Shown: in pieces, positions 38,473-52,379 of the stretch
How the letters are laid out: each line of letters starts with the position of its first letter
Position numbering within the stretch: the stretch's first letter is position 1
Assembly (NCBI GenBank): GCA_964016885.1
Contig: OZ024747.1
Span: 13,950,001-14,014,000, forward strand
Direction of reading: 5' to 3'
Source: Eledone cirrhosa
Taxonomy: Eukaryota
DNA: 64,000 bases
Translations under genes and position numbers: made by a program
The notes under the pieces: generated by a model
What the model was told of the DNA's origin: nothing
What the model saw: only the letters and a program-made list of their open reading frames with translations
The model's database searches: none

Positions 38473-40973
38473 GAGACATATTGTCATCTTCAGCACAGGC
38501 TAGTAAATAAGGTGACAACACTTCTATATAGTCCCCCCCCCCTCTCTCTCTCTCTGTAAGTGTCTGTAATGTTAGACTATTTACTCCTCAAGACATATTA
38601 ACTTAGTGAACTCTTCTTTGGATTAATATTATCTGACACAGACCACTACTGGTTTCTAGATTTTACCTTCCGCTAATTATACTATTCTCTGTCATACTGT
38701 TCCTGTTTAACTACATTTCTCTAAGGAATATTGGTTTGGGTTAAATAGAGTTTGTGTGCCATTCTCTCCCATGCTAAAAGTCTTGAAGACTCTTGTGTTC
38801 CTCTTCATGCTTAGAATCAAGTAAACTCTCCCTTCTCCCATACTTAGGATTAAGTGGACTGTCCTTCCTGCCATGCTGAGAATCTAGAAGATTTTGCCTC
38901 ACAATACCTATGATTAGGGTTAACCATTTTGGTACTGTGTCACCTGAAACTACCCAGGTTTTATGATACAAAACTGCCCATAAAATGTTTATATTTATAT
39001 TAAATCCTTTCATCCTAATTTATGTAAGAATTATTTTGATTAGGAATGTTCTAATTATCAGGTTATTAATGAAACAGTTATTTTATTAAATTCTTCCAAA
39101 TATTGGAATATTTTCAAAATTGATTGAAGCACATAGGCAGTGTATTTCATTAGAAATATGATAATGAAAGGGTTAAGTATAGTCCCTACCCTCACTGAGG
39201 CCTGAGTAGATTGCCTCTCCCCCTCTTTATGTACTTAAGGTTAAGTAGATTGCCTCCCCTTTAACTTGGGTTAAGTAGGTAGTGTTTCCCCCATACTTTC
39301 GTCTAAGTAGTCTGCCTCCACATCATACCTAGGTGTAAGTAGGTAGTGTCCCTTTCTTACTTATACTTACAGTAAGTGATATGGGGTTCCCTCAACTGTC
39401 CCCCTCTCTCTCTGTGGACCCTGTTTCTATGGCTATCTGTTTGTCACTCTGCCTATCCTGTTTCTCTGTCTCTATCTCTATCTGTCACTCTCGCTCACTC
39501 TGTCTCTCTGTCTCTGTCTGTCTATCTCTTTGTCTATCTGTATCTCTTTGTCTATCTTCTTATCTCTCTGCCTGTCTCTGACTGTCCCCCTTCCTGACTA
39601 TGTTTGTTTCCCTGTCTCTCCCATCCTTTAACTCTAACTGTCTGTCTCTCTTTCTGCTAGGGTTAGCTAAATTGACTGTGGCCTCACCAAACATTGTAGC
39701 CCTATAAAACATGTAGCATTATCAAACATTTGGCCTTATCAACTATTTGGCCTTACCAAAACATGTAGCTTTAGTTAAAAAATTAATGTAAAAAAAAAAA
39801 TTATTTTATGATGTATTCTTGTTATTGTTCTAGTGGTTTTGTTTTCCTGCAATTTTCAGTGAAATTTTCCTTTTCATTGGATTCATATGTAATTCAATCA
39901 TAATTAAGTTACATGTCAGGTAACAATCAGAGGTTTTGTAATATTAACCTAATATTCAGTGGCTTGGCATGAAAAATATGCCAGGGTAAACATATGGAAT
40001 GTGTATTTGAAGGACAGTTGCTTCATACAGTAATACTGTCTCTTTTCACCCTTTAGCATTTAAACCAGCCTTAGCCAGCCAGAATCCTCTCACCTCTTTC
40101 TGCTCAAACTGGCTGTAACCAGCCATTCATACTTATATTAAGGTATTGTTCTTAAAATAAATAATATCAAAATCTCATAGATTCAATATTATGTGAGATA
40201 ATTGTGTGAGGTAAAGCCTTTACCACAAAAATACATTAGTATATATAGAGTAATGTAAATGTTAAAGAGTTAAAAGAAAATTTAATAGATTTGAAAAAAA
40301 AAACGTTTATACAACTGCTACTAATATATTTTAATATTCTTCACCAGCCTGCCTGCCATGCCTCTTCCATTATCTGCTCAAGTATTAAATATTAATTTAT
40401 TATTACAGCCATCTTTTAATATCAATCTAACTGAAGTCACTGCTGATTCTATAATTTTAAGTTGTTTATTTTAAAAACCACCCATGTTAATATTGTTAGG
40501 ATGTTTAAGTTATGTATACATATAACCTTGAGAAGACGAAAGGCAAAGTTAATCTTTTAAGTGATTTGAACTCAAAACACACAGAATCTTATAGTCCTTG
40601 ATTATTTTCTTAACTAATTCTGAATCATAGGCAGTGTCCTTCATTAGAAATATTTTAATGAAAGGGTTAAATTAATTACTTCAGGAATACCTAGGTTCAA
40701 AGGGCCATTCTCAGCCCTTTGTTTCTGTATTGTTAATCAAATAGGAAATTACTAGTTTATTAAATAAAATACCACGTAGTACTAGAAAGGGTCTTTGTCT
40801 GTTATAAAGTTTACAGGCATGGCCATGCTGTAGCTGTCAGAAACCAAACCTTTCCCAGATACACATAGGGTGACATTACAGTCTAGTATATACTTGCCTG
40901 GTGTCCATGTATTATTGATTTGCTAGTTTGATCCCTTTGTTGTCAGATTTCTAATATGTCACTGATTTTCAAT

Positions 40974-41129
40974 TACCATATACTCTCAAATATAAACCGA
41001 GGAATATCCGGGGTCAATATTTTGATGATTTTTCACCAACTTCAAATTCTACCTGAATAATGTTTGGAATTTTGCTTATTTTTCAGACATAAATTAGTGA
41101 TCTCGGCTTATATACAAGTGTATACAGTA
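40974..41129. mobile_element. Decayed Tc1/pogo-type MITE
   Basis: Imperfect TIRs TACCATATACTCTCAAATATAAACCGAG / CTCGGCTTATATACAAGTGTATACAGTA with TA ends. Confidence 0.5.
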
Positions 41130-41460
41130 ATTTTGAAAATAATTAAGAGTTTGGAGGGATTTAGTAATATAACTAACTTTTTCATTATTAAGTTTGTGTA
41201 TAGAATATAACTTAACAAAGTTTCATAATAAAACTATGATGGAAGGTTTTTAGGTGAATATAATAAAGACTCTACAACAAACAGTTTTGTTATCAACCCA
41301 TCTTTGTGTCCTATGTTCTAACAGCTCTGACAATCTGTTGTAATTTCAGCCTCATCAATATAAATCGATGCAAAATGTGAACCTTGCAATTAGAAAGGGG
41401 ATAAATGCAAGGAGAGGGAAATATATTTATTTATTAATTTAATTTTTTTTTTTTTTTCAG

Positions 41461-41533
41461 ATACAAGATTCTCTTCCTTGATGTGTTATTTCCATTAAAC
41501 GTGAAGAAAATTATATTCGTTGATGCTGATCAG
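41461..41533 (+). CDS. UGGT: UGGT exon h (YKILFLDVLFPLNVKKIIFVDADQ), DxD motif
   Basis: Poly-T CAG acceptor, GTAGGT donor; GYKILFLDVLFPL..K..FVDADQ. No later UGGT exon was recognised in the window. Confidence 0.97.
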
Positions 41534-42256
41534 GTAGGTTCATATATTATTCCTGTTGGGATGGGAGTATCTGTTTTATATTTCTAATGTAAACAAAGCT
41601 GCAGAGATGGCTATTCAGAACCATGAGGTTTGGGTTCAGTTTCTCTGTATGACAACTTGAGCAAGTTTCTTCTACAAAGTTATGTCCCTTGCCAATGAAA
41701 GCTCAGTTAAATTTTTATGTTTTATTAGTTTTTTCATGCTTCAATGGGTGGGATCGATAACTCTTATTTAATTTTTTCTTTCTCCTCTCCTTTTTGTACT
41801 TCCAAATAAGAACAGACTTTGACAGTGGCTTCCCTTCCAAATTACGACAGCACCAAAAGTGGATGTAAAACAATAATACATTCATACATATATTTATACA
41901 CATCCTTCCATCCATCCATCCATACATGTTGTGGTGGTTGTTGTTGGAACTGCTCATGAAATTAACATGCTAGTGGCTGAGCATTTCACAGAGACATGTG
42001 CCCTTAATGTAGTTCTCAAGAAGATCTAGCATGTCACAGTGTGTGACAAAACAGACCCTTTAAATTGCAAGAGCAACTCATTTTTTTTCTAGCTAAGTGG
42101 ACTGGAGCAATGTGAAATAAAGTGCCTTGCTCAAGGACACAACACACAGCCAGGTATCGAACTCAAAGTTTTAGAGCGATGAGGCAAACACTGTAAATAC
42201 TAAGCCAGATGACTTCACACATACACACATAGAAACAAGCAAATGGGGAAAAGTTT

Positions 42257-42788
42257 GAACCCCTATCTTGCTCAGAACATTGACCGTCTGGAAACTGTTC
42301 AGAGACGTGCAACCAAGCGAATACCCTCCATCAGGCATCTACCATACTCTGAGCGCCTTGCTTCCCTGGGCATGGATTCATTGAAGCTCCGACGCCTGGC
42401 AACTGACTTGGTAAACACCCACAAAATTGTTAACCATGTTGCCAACAACAATCCTGAGTACCTTTTTGATTTCCATGTGTCTAACACACGTGGACATGCC
42501 CACAAAGTAAGAAAACAGCACAGTTCCCATGACTTTCGGAAACATTTTCTCACGCTCAGAGTTGCTGAAGCATGGAACAAACTACCTGCATCAGTTGTTA
42601 GCTGTCGAGACACTGCATCCTTTAAGGCCTCCATACTTCCCGAGATCCGCCAACACTACAGCTAACACATACACACATATACTTCCCTGACATTTGTGTA
42701 TTATTCTATGTACTATACATACACCTTTGACGAGTTGTAGTGCACCTGAGCACTGTACACAATAATTTCATTATTATTATTATTATTA
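42257..42788 (+). mobile_element. CR1/L2-type LINE 3' fragment with (TTA)n tail
   Basis: NPYLAQNIDRLETVQRRATKRIP...EIRQHYS, 3' UTR and tail. Confidence 0.92.
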
Positions 42789-43374
42789 AGATAGAAAATC
42801 TATCGAAAAAGCTCCCAAAATACTATTACACATGGAGTTATATAAGATAATGGTAGCTAATGTTTTATCCACAGAGCTTCTCAACTCCTTTGCTCGCTGA
42901 TAGTAACTATGGTTTGCCTCATTTAGAACTGATTCTGCTCTAGCTTTTTACACATCAAAAGTAGCAATTTTAAGTCTTCCCAGATACTATCTTGCTATTT
43001 CTTTGTCTTCTTGTCTTCATCTCAAGCCTTGGAAATCTCCTTTGAATATCTAGTTGACCATTCCTGTTACTGATAGGTGAATGACATTGCTAGACCATTG
43101 GAGTTGGTACTTCTATATGACTTGGATAATAATGGTGTTGGCTCTCAGCCTCTCTATATTTTTTTCTATCTCTCAGCGTCACTTCTGCTTCTCAAAGAAG
43201 AGTAGTCTATTTTTACCTTCATTCTTAAGACTCCAGGCTTAGCTGCCAGCTGTCATAGGTAGTAATGGTGATAAGCATATTGTAGTCTTAGTTTCATATA
43301 TATATACACATGCAGTCATATAGAGAGATTAACACACATACACACATTTACACACGCACATGAATGTGAAGTGA

Positions 43375-43411
<37 letters not shown>

Positions 43412-43980
43412 CACACACACACATATATGCATATATCTCTGTATATGCATGCACACACACACACATATGAAATAACGATGTTGGTTATATTATCTGTAAA
43501 AACTGTCTGTACATGTGTGTGCAATGTCAGTATAATTTTATTAATGACTCTATCGTTGTTTAATTTGATATGTATAATTAACCTCCTAATGATGACTTAA
43601 TGAGATGTTAATTAATCTATCAATCTTTCAGTGTTTCATTACTGAGTTCTCACACGAGGCAATTTCTTCTTGATTTCTTCCTTTCAAATTATATTTATTT
43701 GATCATATTTATTAAATTACAGTTAGGTTACAACTGCTTACTGTTGAGAGAGTGAACAGATAATGGAGGTTGTATTTAGTATTTCATTACTGACACAGGC
43801 TTGTGAGGGAATTTAGGAGATGGGAACTACATGAATCATATCGCACAGGTCTCTGGTTATAAATATGTGTGTGTGTGTATGTGATCTAAGTATGTATGTG
43901 TGTGTGTGTTTATATATATGTATTTATGTGTATGTATATATGTATATATTTTAAAATACATGTATCTATATATATGAATA

Positions 43981-44266
43981 TATAACGAAGAAAGTGTGGT
44001 AAGGAACCAGGTGGACCATAACGCACCAAAGTACTCAATACTTAGGGTAGTAGAGTGGGTAATAGGAACGAGTAGGACCCCGACGGCTGAGCTCAAGCCG
44101 TTTCGACGGCTAATTCTGGACTAAATTTAGTCCAGAATTAGCCGTCGAAACAGCTTGAGCTCAGCCGTCAGGGTCCTACTCGTTCCTATATGAATATATA
44201 TATATATAGGAAAAAGAATGACTCCGATGGCAGAGCTCAGCCGTTGGGGTCCTACTCGTTCCTATA

Positions 44267-44300
<34 letters not shown>

Positions 44301-44436
44301 AAAAAGAATGACCCCGACGGCAGAGCTCTGCCTTCGGGGTCATTCTTTTTCCTATTACCCACTCTACTACCCTAAGTATTGAGTACTCTGGTGCATTATG
44401 GTCCATCTGGTTCCTTACCACAATTCCTTAGTTATA
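43981..44436. repeat. Nested inverted-repeat structure, probable Penelope-like inverted pLTR remnant
   Basis: About 85-bp outer arms, about 128-bp near-perfect inner palindrome centred at 44125, two further hairpins. Confidence 0.85.
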
Positions 44437-44782
44437 TCATCATCATCATCATCATCATCATTTCATTTTACGTCCACTTTTCCCTGCTTGCAAGGGTGGG
44501 ATGGGAACTGATTCTGGCTTGATTTCTACAGCTGGATGCCCTTCCTAACACCAACCTCATTTACAGTGAGTGCTGGGTGCTTTTTTGCCGTGGCACCTCC
44601 ATGACCACTTTGCAGTGGAATGATATGGACCCCAGTCCCTATCATCTCATTTCTACAGCTGAGTAAACTGGAGCAATGTGAAATAAAGTGCCTTGCTCAA
44701 GGAAACAACAATCACCCGGTCTGAGAATTGAACTCACAACCTTTCAATTGCAAGGCCAATGCTCTAACCACTAAGCCATGTG

Positions 44783-44958
<176 letters not shown>

Positions 44959-45534
44959 TATATGTATATTAGTGTATATATATATATATATGTGTGTATA
45001 TGTATGTGTGTGCATATTTATATATATATGAGAGGGACAGTTTATATAACCCTTACATGGGAGGAGGAGGAACATAGTTCAAAGGACTATACTGCTCTCA
45101 AACCACCAAAATGATCCTTCATGATTTAGTTGAGATTACCATTTTAAAATGGTGGATTGTGCAACAAAAATAGATCTTTCTGCTGGTATGATGCGTGTGT
45201 AATAAAACAAATAGCACAGATAGGACGAAAGAAAACAAAGAACATTAAATAATTGTCTCTACTTTAGGCACAAGGCCAGCAATTACCCAGTGCATTACTG
45301 GTACTTTATTTTATCGACCCCGTAAGGATGAAAGGCAATGTCAACCTCGTCGGGATTTGAACTCAGATCGTAAAGGGACGTAACTATGCTGGAAAGCATG
45401 GTGTCTGACCCTCTACTGATATTGCCAATCCATTAAATAATGGGATAGTGGACCTTAAGCTGTGGTGTCTGTCCTAAATAGAAAGTTAATCATAGTTATG
45501 ATAAAGTTAAATGAAAAAATAATTTTGTCTCTGA

Positions 45535-45784
45535 TCGAGATGAAGCTACATATAAAATATCGAGATGAAGCTACATATAAAATATCGAGATGAAGCTACA
45601 TATAAAATATCGAGATGAAGCTACATATAAAATATCGAGATGAAGCTACATATAAAATATCGAGATGAAGCTACATATAAAATATCGAGATGAAGCTACA
45701 TATAAAATATCGAGATGAAGCTACATATAAAATATCGAGATGAAGCTACATATACAATATAGAGATGAAGCTACATATAAAAAT
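45535..45784. repeat. 25-bp minisatellite TCGAGATGAAGCTACATATAAAATA, about 10 copies
   Basis: Direct tandem repeat. Confidence 0.95.
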
Positions 45785-45947
45785 GAGAAACCTCATCACT
45801 AGAACAGCTGTTAAAACAGCTAAATTCTGTCAAAGACAGTGATGGACAAACATGCCTCTGAGGACAGACCAGAGGCCAATGGTCAATGAAGAGACAATCT
45901 ACAAGGAGGGTGACAGGCAGATGAAATATAGAAAAGATATATATATA

Positions 45948-46601
45948 CCATCTGGTGTACCACAGGGATCTGTTCTTGGACCCCTTTTGTTTGTGGCATA
46001 TATTAATGACATAGATGCCAACTTATAGAATGCCACGGTACTGAAATATGCAGATGACATCAAGCTGTACCTTGAAATCAAAAGGACTGATCCTGAAATC
46101 TACAACTCTTTCCTACAATCAGACCTGGACACAATGCAGCAATGGATCACAGACTGGCAACTGAAGCTGGCTGTGGACAAGTGTACCACCATGCATTTTG
46201 GGAGGAAAAATCCAGCATCCACATACTCCCTCCACAACACTGATATCAAGAAGTCCTCTTGTGAACGTGACCTGGGCATTACTGTCAGCAGCGATTTGCG
46301 TTGGACGAAGCACGTCTCTAAGATTGTCAAGAAGGCCGAGGGTGTCTTGGCATCACTCAGCAAGACCTTTGTTAGCCGCTCTCCAGCCATCGATTTAAAA
46401 CTGTATACTGCTATGGTACGACCACACTTGGAATTCGCATCATCAGTCTGGAACCCCTATCTTGCTCAGAACATTGACCTCCTGGAAACTGTTCAGAGAC
46501 GTGCAACCAAGCGCATACCCTCCATCAGACACCTACCATACTCTGAACGCCTTGCTTCCCTGGGCATGGATTCATTGAAGCTTCGACGTCTGGCAATGGA
46601 C
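45948..46601 (+). mobile_element. CR1/L2-type LINE internal RT fragment, near-identical to the long copy
   Basis: SGVPQGSVLGP...YADD...LRRLA; CAG>TAG stop near 46026; ends at a SINE piece. Confidence 0.92.
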
Positions 46602-46673
46602 TGAGAATTGAACTCACAACCTTTCGATTGCAAGGCCAATGCTCTAACCCTAACTACTAAACCATGTGCCTCC

Positions 46674-46705
<32 letters not shown>

Positions 46706-46711
46706 ATGTGT

Positions 46712-46830
46712 GTGGAGATTAAAGTTTAAGCAAATAATTTCTGCTTTCACTCTATTACAGGATCTTCTGAAACTCAAGATCTCGTAATAGAGTGAAAGCA
46801 GGATTTTTTTGCTTAAACTTTAATCTGCAC
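46712..46830. repeat. About 119-nt hairpin made of two inverted hammerhead-like units
   Basis: Arms GTGgAGATTAAAGTTTAAGCAAA...TCACTCTATTAC / GTAATAGAGTGAAAGCAG...TTTGCTTAAACTTTAATCTgCAC. Confidence 0.8.
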
Positions 46831-46922
46831 TAATAATAAATATTTGCTCTACAGGTTTATATATATATATATATATAATTTTTATTGAGCCCTCTTCGGA
46901 TTTTCGTTTTCGTCTTTATTAT

Positions 46923-46960
<38 letters not shown>

Positions 46961-47799
46961 GGCTTCCACAGGACTAGAACTGTTTCATTTCTGATGATTT
47001 CTTCCAAATTAAACGGTTCTACTCCTGTTGAAGTCATTTCTATATTAAATATTTATACTCTGCTATGTATTGAGTACCTTACTTACTGTGGTTACTCCCG
47101 ATTGAACCCGGGATAAATATATAATATATATATATATATATATATTAGGAAGTGAGGTTTTTTTACAAATAACCGAGGTGTCCTACACGAGTGAAAGTAT
47201 AAAGAAAAAGAGATGAAATCGAAAATGCAACTGGAGTCTTATATATATATATATATATATAGATAGATAGATAGATATACACACACATACACAAGATATG
47301 CTTCCACAGAGCCTATGTCTATTAAATTTCATTCATAAGCCTTTCTTAAACTTGTGACTATTATACTAGCAGACATACTACACAGTGGGACTGAACACGA
47401 AAGCCATGTGGTTGCGAAGCAAACTATTTAAACACACAGCTATGCCTGACACAACAAAAAAAAAAAATAGACTTATTTGTGATTTTGATATTTTGAAAAT
47501 ATATTTTGAAAATATAGACATTTTTATTTATTAAAATCTTTTTTTCTCAAAATAATTTATAACTCAAATTACGAGCCTGTGATTTTTATTAAAAATACTA
47601 TCGTTTCAGATTTCTATTTTACTTGAGAGAATAAATTTTAGTTCTTTTTTTTTTATATTATTTGTAAATTTTAACTCTCCTCTTCTGCCGATCTTTTAAA
47701 AAAAAAATTAAATCCAGACAAATTATTCTTTTTGTTGTTGTTTTATTTAAGAGAAAGAAAATTATTTTCGTTGAATTTCTGTACTGATGTGTGTATATG

Positions 47800-47821
47800 T
47801 TTGATCCTATATATATGTGTG

Positions 47822-47868
<47 letters not shown>

Positions 47869-49494
47869 CTCTATGTAAGCATTTGTGTGGGGTGTGTGTA
47901 TATGTCTCTATCTGGGTGTGTATGTTTATATCTAGGTGTGTATGTCCGGGTGTGTCTATTTGTGTTGCTCTGTATAAGTATTTCTGTGTGTAGGGGTGTG
48001 AATATCTTCTTGTCTCTGTTTATATATATATGTATGTTTGGGGTGTGTATGCGTTTGTGTATATATATATATATATGTAAAGTGTGTATGTGTTTGTGTA
48101 TATATATATATATATGTAAAGTGTGTGTGTGTGTGTGTGTGTGTGTGCGTCTCTAAGTGTTTGTGTTGCTCTATATAAGTATTTGTGTGTGGATATGTTT
48201 ATACCTGTCTATGGTGTGGTGTGTGCGTATGGTGTGAGTTTGTGTGTGTTTGTGTGTATGTTTGTTCTGCATAAGCATTTCTGTGTATATGTTTGCTCCT
48301 GTGTGTGTGTTTGCATGTGTGACTTTAAGCATTTGTGTGTATATCTTTCAGTCCCAATGTATGTATGTGTGTGTGTGTGTCTGTCTTTGTGTATATACGT
48401 TCATTATATGTATATATGTTTATACATGTAATGTGTGTGTGTATATATATATATGTTTATACATGTATTGTGTGTGTGGTATGTATATATGTTTATACAT
48501 GTAATGTGTGTGTGTAATGTGTGCATATGTGGCTCCATGTAAGCATGTATGTGGGGATGTTTAAACATTACTGTTCATGTTGTATCTGTGTGTGTGTGTT
48601 GTGTGTGTGTTTAAACTTGTATCTTTGTGTATATGTGTGTGTGTATGTTTAAGCTTGTATCTTTGTGTGTGTGTGTGTTTCAGCTTGTATCTTTGTGTGT
48701 GTGTATGGATGTGTGTGTGTGTTTAAGCTTGTATCTTTGTGTGTGTGTGTGTGGATGTGTGTGTGTGTTTAAGCTTGTATCTTTGTGTGTGGATGTGTGT
48801 GTGTGTTTAAACTTGTATCTTTGTGTGTGTGTGTGAGATTATTTATGTAATCATGTGTATGTTTGTGTGTGTGTGTGGGTGGATGGGGGGGGGGGGACTA
48901 TTTATGTATGCATGTTTGTGTATGTATGTGTGTAAGATTATTTATTTATGTATGTGTGTGTGTGATTATTTATGTATGTATGTGTGTGTGATTATTTATG
49001 TATGTATGTGTGTGTGATTATTTATGTATGTATGTATGTGTGTGTGTGATTATTTATGTATGTATGTGTGTGTGATTATTTATGTATGTATGTATGTGTG
49101 TGTGAGATTATTTATGTATGTATGTGTGTGTGATTATTTATGTATGTATGTGTGTGTGTGATTATTTATGTATGTATGTATGTGTGTGTGTGCTTATTTA
49201 TGTATGTATGTGTGTGTGATTATTTATGTATGTATGTGTGTGATTATTTATGTATGTATGTATGTGTGTGTGAGATTATTTATGTATGTGTGTGTGATTA
49301 TTTATGTATGTATGTGTGTGTGATTATTTATGTATGTATGTATGTGTGTGTGAGATTATTTATGTATGTGTGTGCATGGGAGGAGTATTTATATATGCAT
49401 GTGTGTATGTGGGTATAGTGATTATGTATGCATATGTGTATTTGTGTATATGTGTGTGTGTGGGTGGAGGTAGGGATTGTTTATGTATGCATTT

Positions 49495-49549
<55 letters not shown>

Positions 49550-49814
49550 ACTCTAATTATTTGTATGGATGTAGCTGGCTCTATATAAGTATTAGTGTGG
49601 GTGTGCGTGGATGTGTGTGTGCACGTTAGTATGTCTGTGTTTGTGAGTTCAAACCTGTGTGTGTGTATGTATATATATGTATATATAATTGTGTATATAT
49701 ATATATGTGTGTGTGTATGTGTCGATATATATATATATAGAATTGTGTATATGTGTATATATATATGTGTATGTGTATATATATATATAATTGCGTATAT
49801 GTGTATATGTATGT

Positions 49815-49849
<35 letters not shown>

Positions 49850-49869
49850 TGCGTATATGTGTATATGTA

Positions 49870-49941
<72 letters not shown>

Positions 49942-49967
49942 TATAATTGTGTATATGTGTATATGTA

Positions 49968-50018
<51 letters not shown>

Positions 50019-50039
50019 GGGTATATGTGTGTATATGTA

Positions 50040-50075
<36 letters not shown>

Positions 50076-50131
50076 ATTGGGTATATGTGTATATATATAT
50101 ATATGTGTGTGTGTGTATATATATATATATA

Positions 50132-50165
<34 letters not shown>

Positions 50166-50342
50166 CATTTTTATTAACTGTATTTTTTATGGGTCTATGT
50201 AGCTGCATAAATTTCTAGATATGGTTATTATAGTTTTATAGTACATGAGGGAATATGTACATACATGTGTGTCTAAGCTATGTAAATTTGTGAACATACA
50301 TACACACATATTCACACACATACATATGTATATGTATGTATT

Positions 50343-50390
<48 letters not shown>
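47800..50390. repeat. (TG)n/(TA)n/(TATG)n compound microsatellite field
   Basis: Direct reading; includes a GATTATTTATGTATGTATGTGTGT sub-array at 48830-49375. Confidence 0.9.
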
Positions 50391-50393
<3 letters not shown>

Positions 50394-50894
50394 TGCCCCC
50401 TCGTTATCGAGTATGGCCATTGCACGATATACCATTATTAATAATTATTAATTAATTCTATCGTGCGTGAAGATATTTAAAAAAAAAAAGTGAGGAAAGA
50501 CTGTGCACTGAGCCAATCCCACTCTCTGAGCGACAGTAGCTATAACCCGAAAAGAAGAAAAGATCAACATCATCGGTAACTACTGAGCTGCAGGTTTTAT
50601 ATCGGAGTTATACCAGTTTCCTGAGTTGCCTTCTCCTAGAAGAATGTCCTGAGAGATAGGCTAGGGGTCCTTCACTCCCAGTGGTTTAACCGCGCGATCG
50701 GGTTTCCAGCCCGACTATTTCTATGTCCTCACGCATATACATACACATGCACCCATGTATATACACATATACATACACATGCACCCATGTATATACATGG
50801 GTGCATGTGATTTAATTTTATAATATTATAATATAAAATTAAATCAAAAAAGTTTTTTTTAAACTACAAGTGAAGTCATTCTTTTCCTTTTTTT

Positions 50895-50925
<31 letters not shown>

Positions 50926-51090
50926 GGATATATATATATATATATATATATATATCCATGTACATATTTATATATATATGTGTGTGTGTATTATGTATAA
51001 ATTTATGTATATATGTATATATATATATATAGATAGGTAAATATACACGGGTGTGTATATGTATATATATATTTGTGTATGTGTATATAT

Positions 51091-52183
51091 AATAATAAAA
51101 ATAATAATGAAATTATTGTGTAAAGTGCTCAGGTGCACTACAACTCGTCAATATAGTACATAGAATAATACACAAATGCCAGGGAAGTACATGTTTGTAT
51201 GTGTTAGCTGTAGTGTTGGCGGATCTCGGGAAGCATGGAGGTCTTAAAGGATGCAGTGTCTCGACAGCTAACAACTGATGCAGGTAGTTTGTTCCATGCT
51301 TCAGCAACTCTGAGCGTGAAAAAATGTTTCCGAAAGTCATGGGAACTGTGCTGTTTTCTTACTTTGTGGGCATGTCCACGTGTGTTAGACACATGGAAAT
51401 CGAAAAGGCACTCAGGGTTGTTGTTGGCAACATGGTTAACAATTTTGTGGGTGTTTACCAAGTCAGTTGCCAGGCGTCGGAGCTTCAATGAATCCATGCC
51501 CAGGGAAGCAAGGCGATCAGAGTATGGTAGATGCCTGATGGAGGGTATTCGCTTGGTTGCATGTCTCTGAACAGTTTCCAGGCGGTCAATGTCCTGAGCA
51601 AGATAGGGGTTCCAGACTGGTGATGCAAATTCTAAGTGTGGTCGCACCATAGCTGTATACAGCCTTAAATAGATATCTGGAGAGCGGCTGACAAAGGTCT
51701 TGCTGAGTGATGCTAAGACACCCTCGGCCCTCTTGACAATTTTAGAGACGTGCCTCGTCCAACGCAAATCGCTGCTGACCGTAATGCCCAGGTCACGTTC
51801 ATAGGAAGACTTCTTGATATTAGTGCTGTGGAGGGAGTATGTGGACGCTGGGTTTTTACTCCCAAAATGCATGGTGGTGCACTTGTCCACAGCTAGCTTG
51901 AGTTGCCAGTCTGAGATCCACTGTTGCATTGTGTCCAGGTCAGACTGCAAGCAAGATCTATAGTGTTCAGGATCTGTCCTTTTTATCTCAAGATACAGCT
52001 TGATGTCGTCTGCGTACTTTAGTACTGTGGCATTCCCTAAGTTGGCATCTATGTCATTAATATATGCCACAAACAAAAGGGGGCCAAGAACAGATCCCTG
52101 AGGTACACCAGATGACATCTCATATGGTGAGGAATGCTGTCCCAGAACCGTGACTACCTCTCTTCGACTGAGAATGAAGGACT
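51091..52183 (-). mobile_element. CR1/L2-type LINE, 5'-truncated sister subfamily (304-aa RT C-terminus open)
   Basis: ORF 51204-52118 with GVPQGSVLGP and YADD, 3' UTR and (TAA)n tail. Confidence 0.93.
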
Positions 52184-52379
52184 TATTTCTATATGAAAAT
52201 ATAGATAAATATGTATGTATCTAGAAAGATATTTATTTATTTATTTATTTAATTCTCTCTCTCTCTCTATATATATATATATGAATATGTATATATATAT
52301 ATGTGTGTGTGTGTGTTTGTAAATGCCCTTTAAGTTGGCATTTCAACAAAACTGATGAAATAAGTGCCAGACTCTAAGA

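Noticed and set aside
46761-46787. Next UGGT exon (TTACAG|GATCTTCTGAAACTC, DLLKLK)
   Set aside because: Lacks the expected IVRxD start, hits a stop after 8 codons and lies within an inverted repeat
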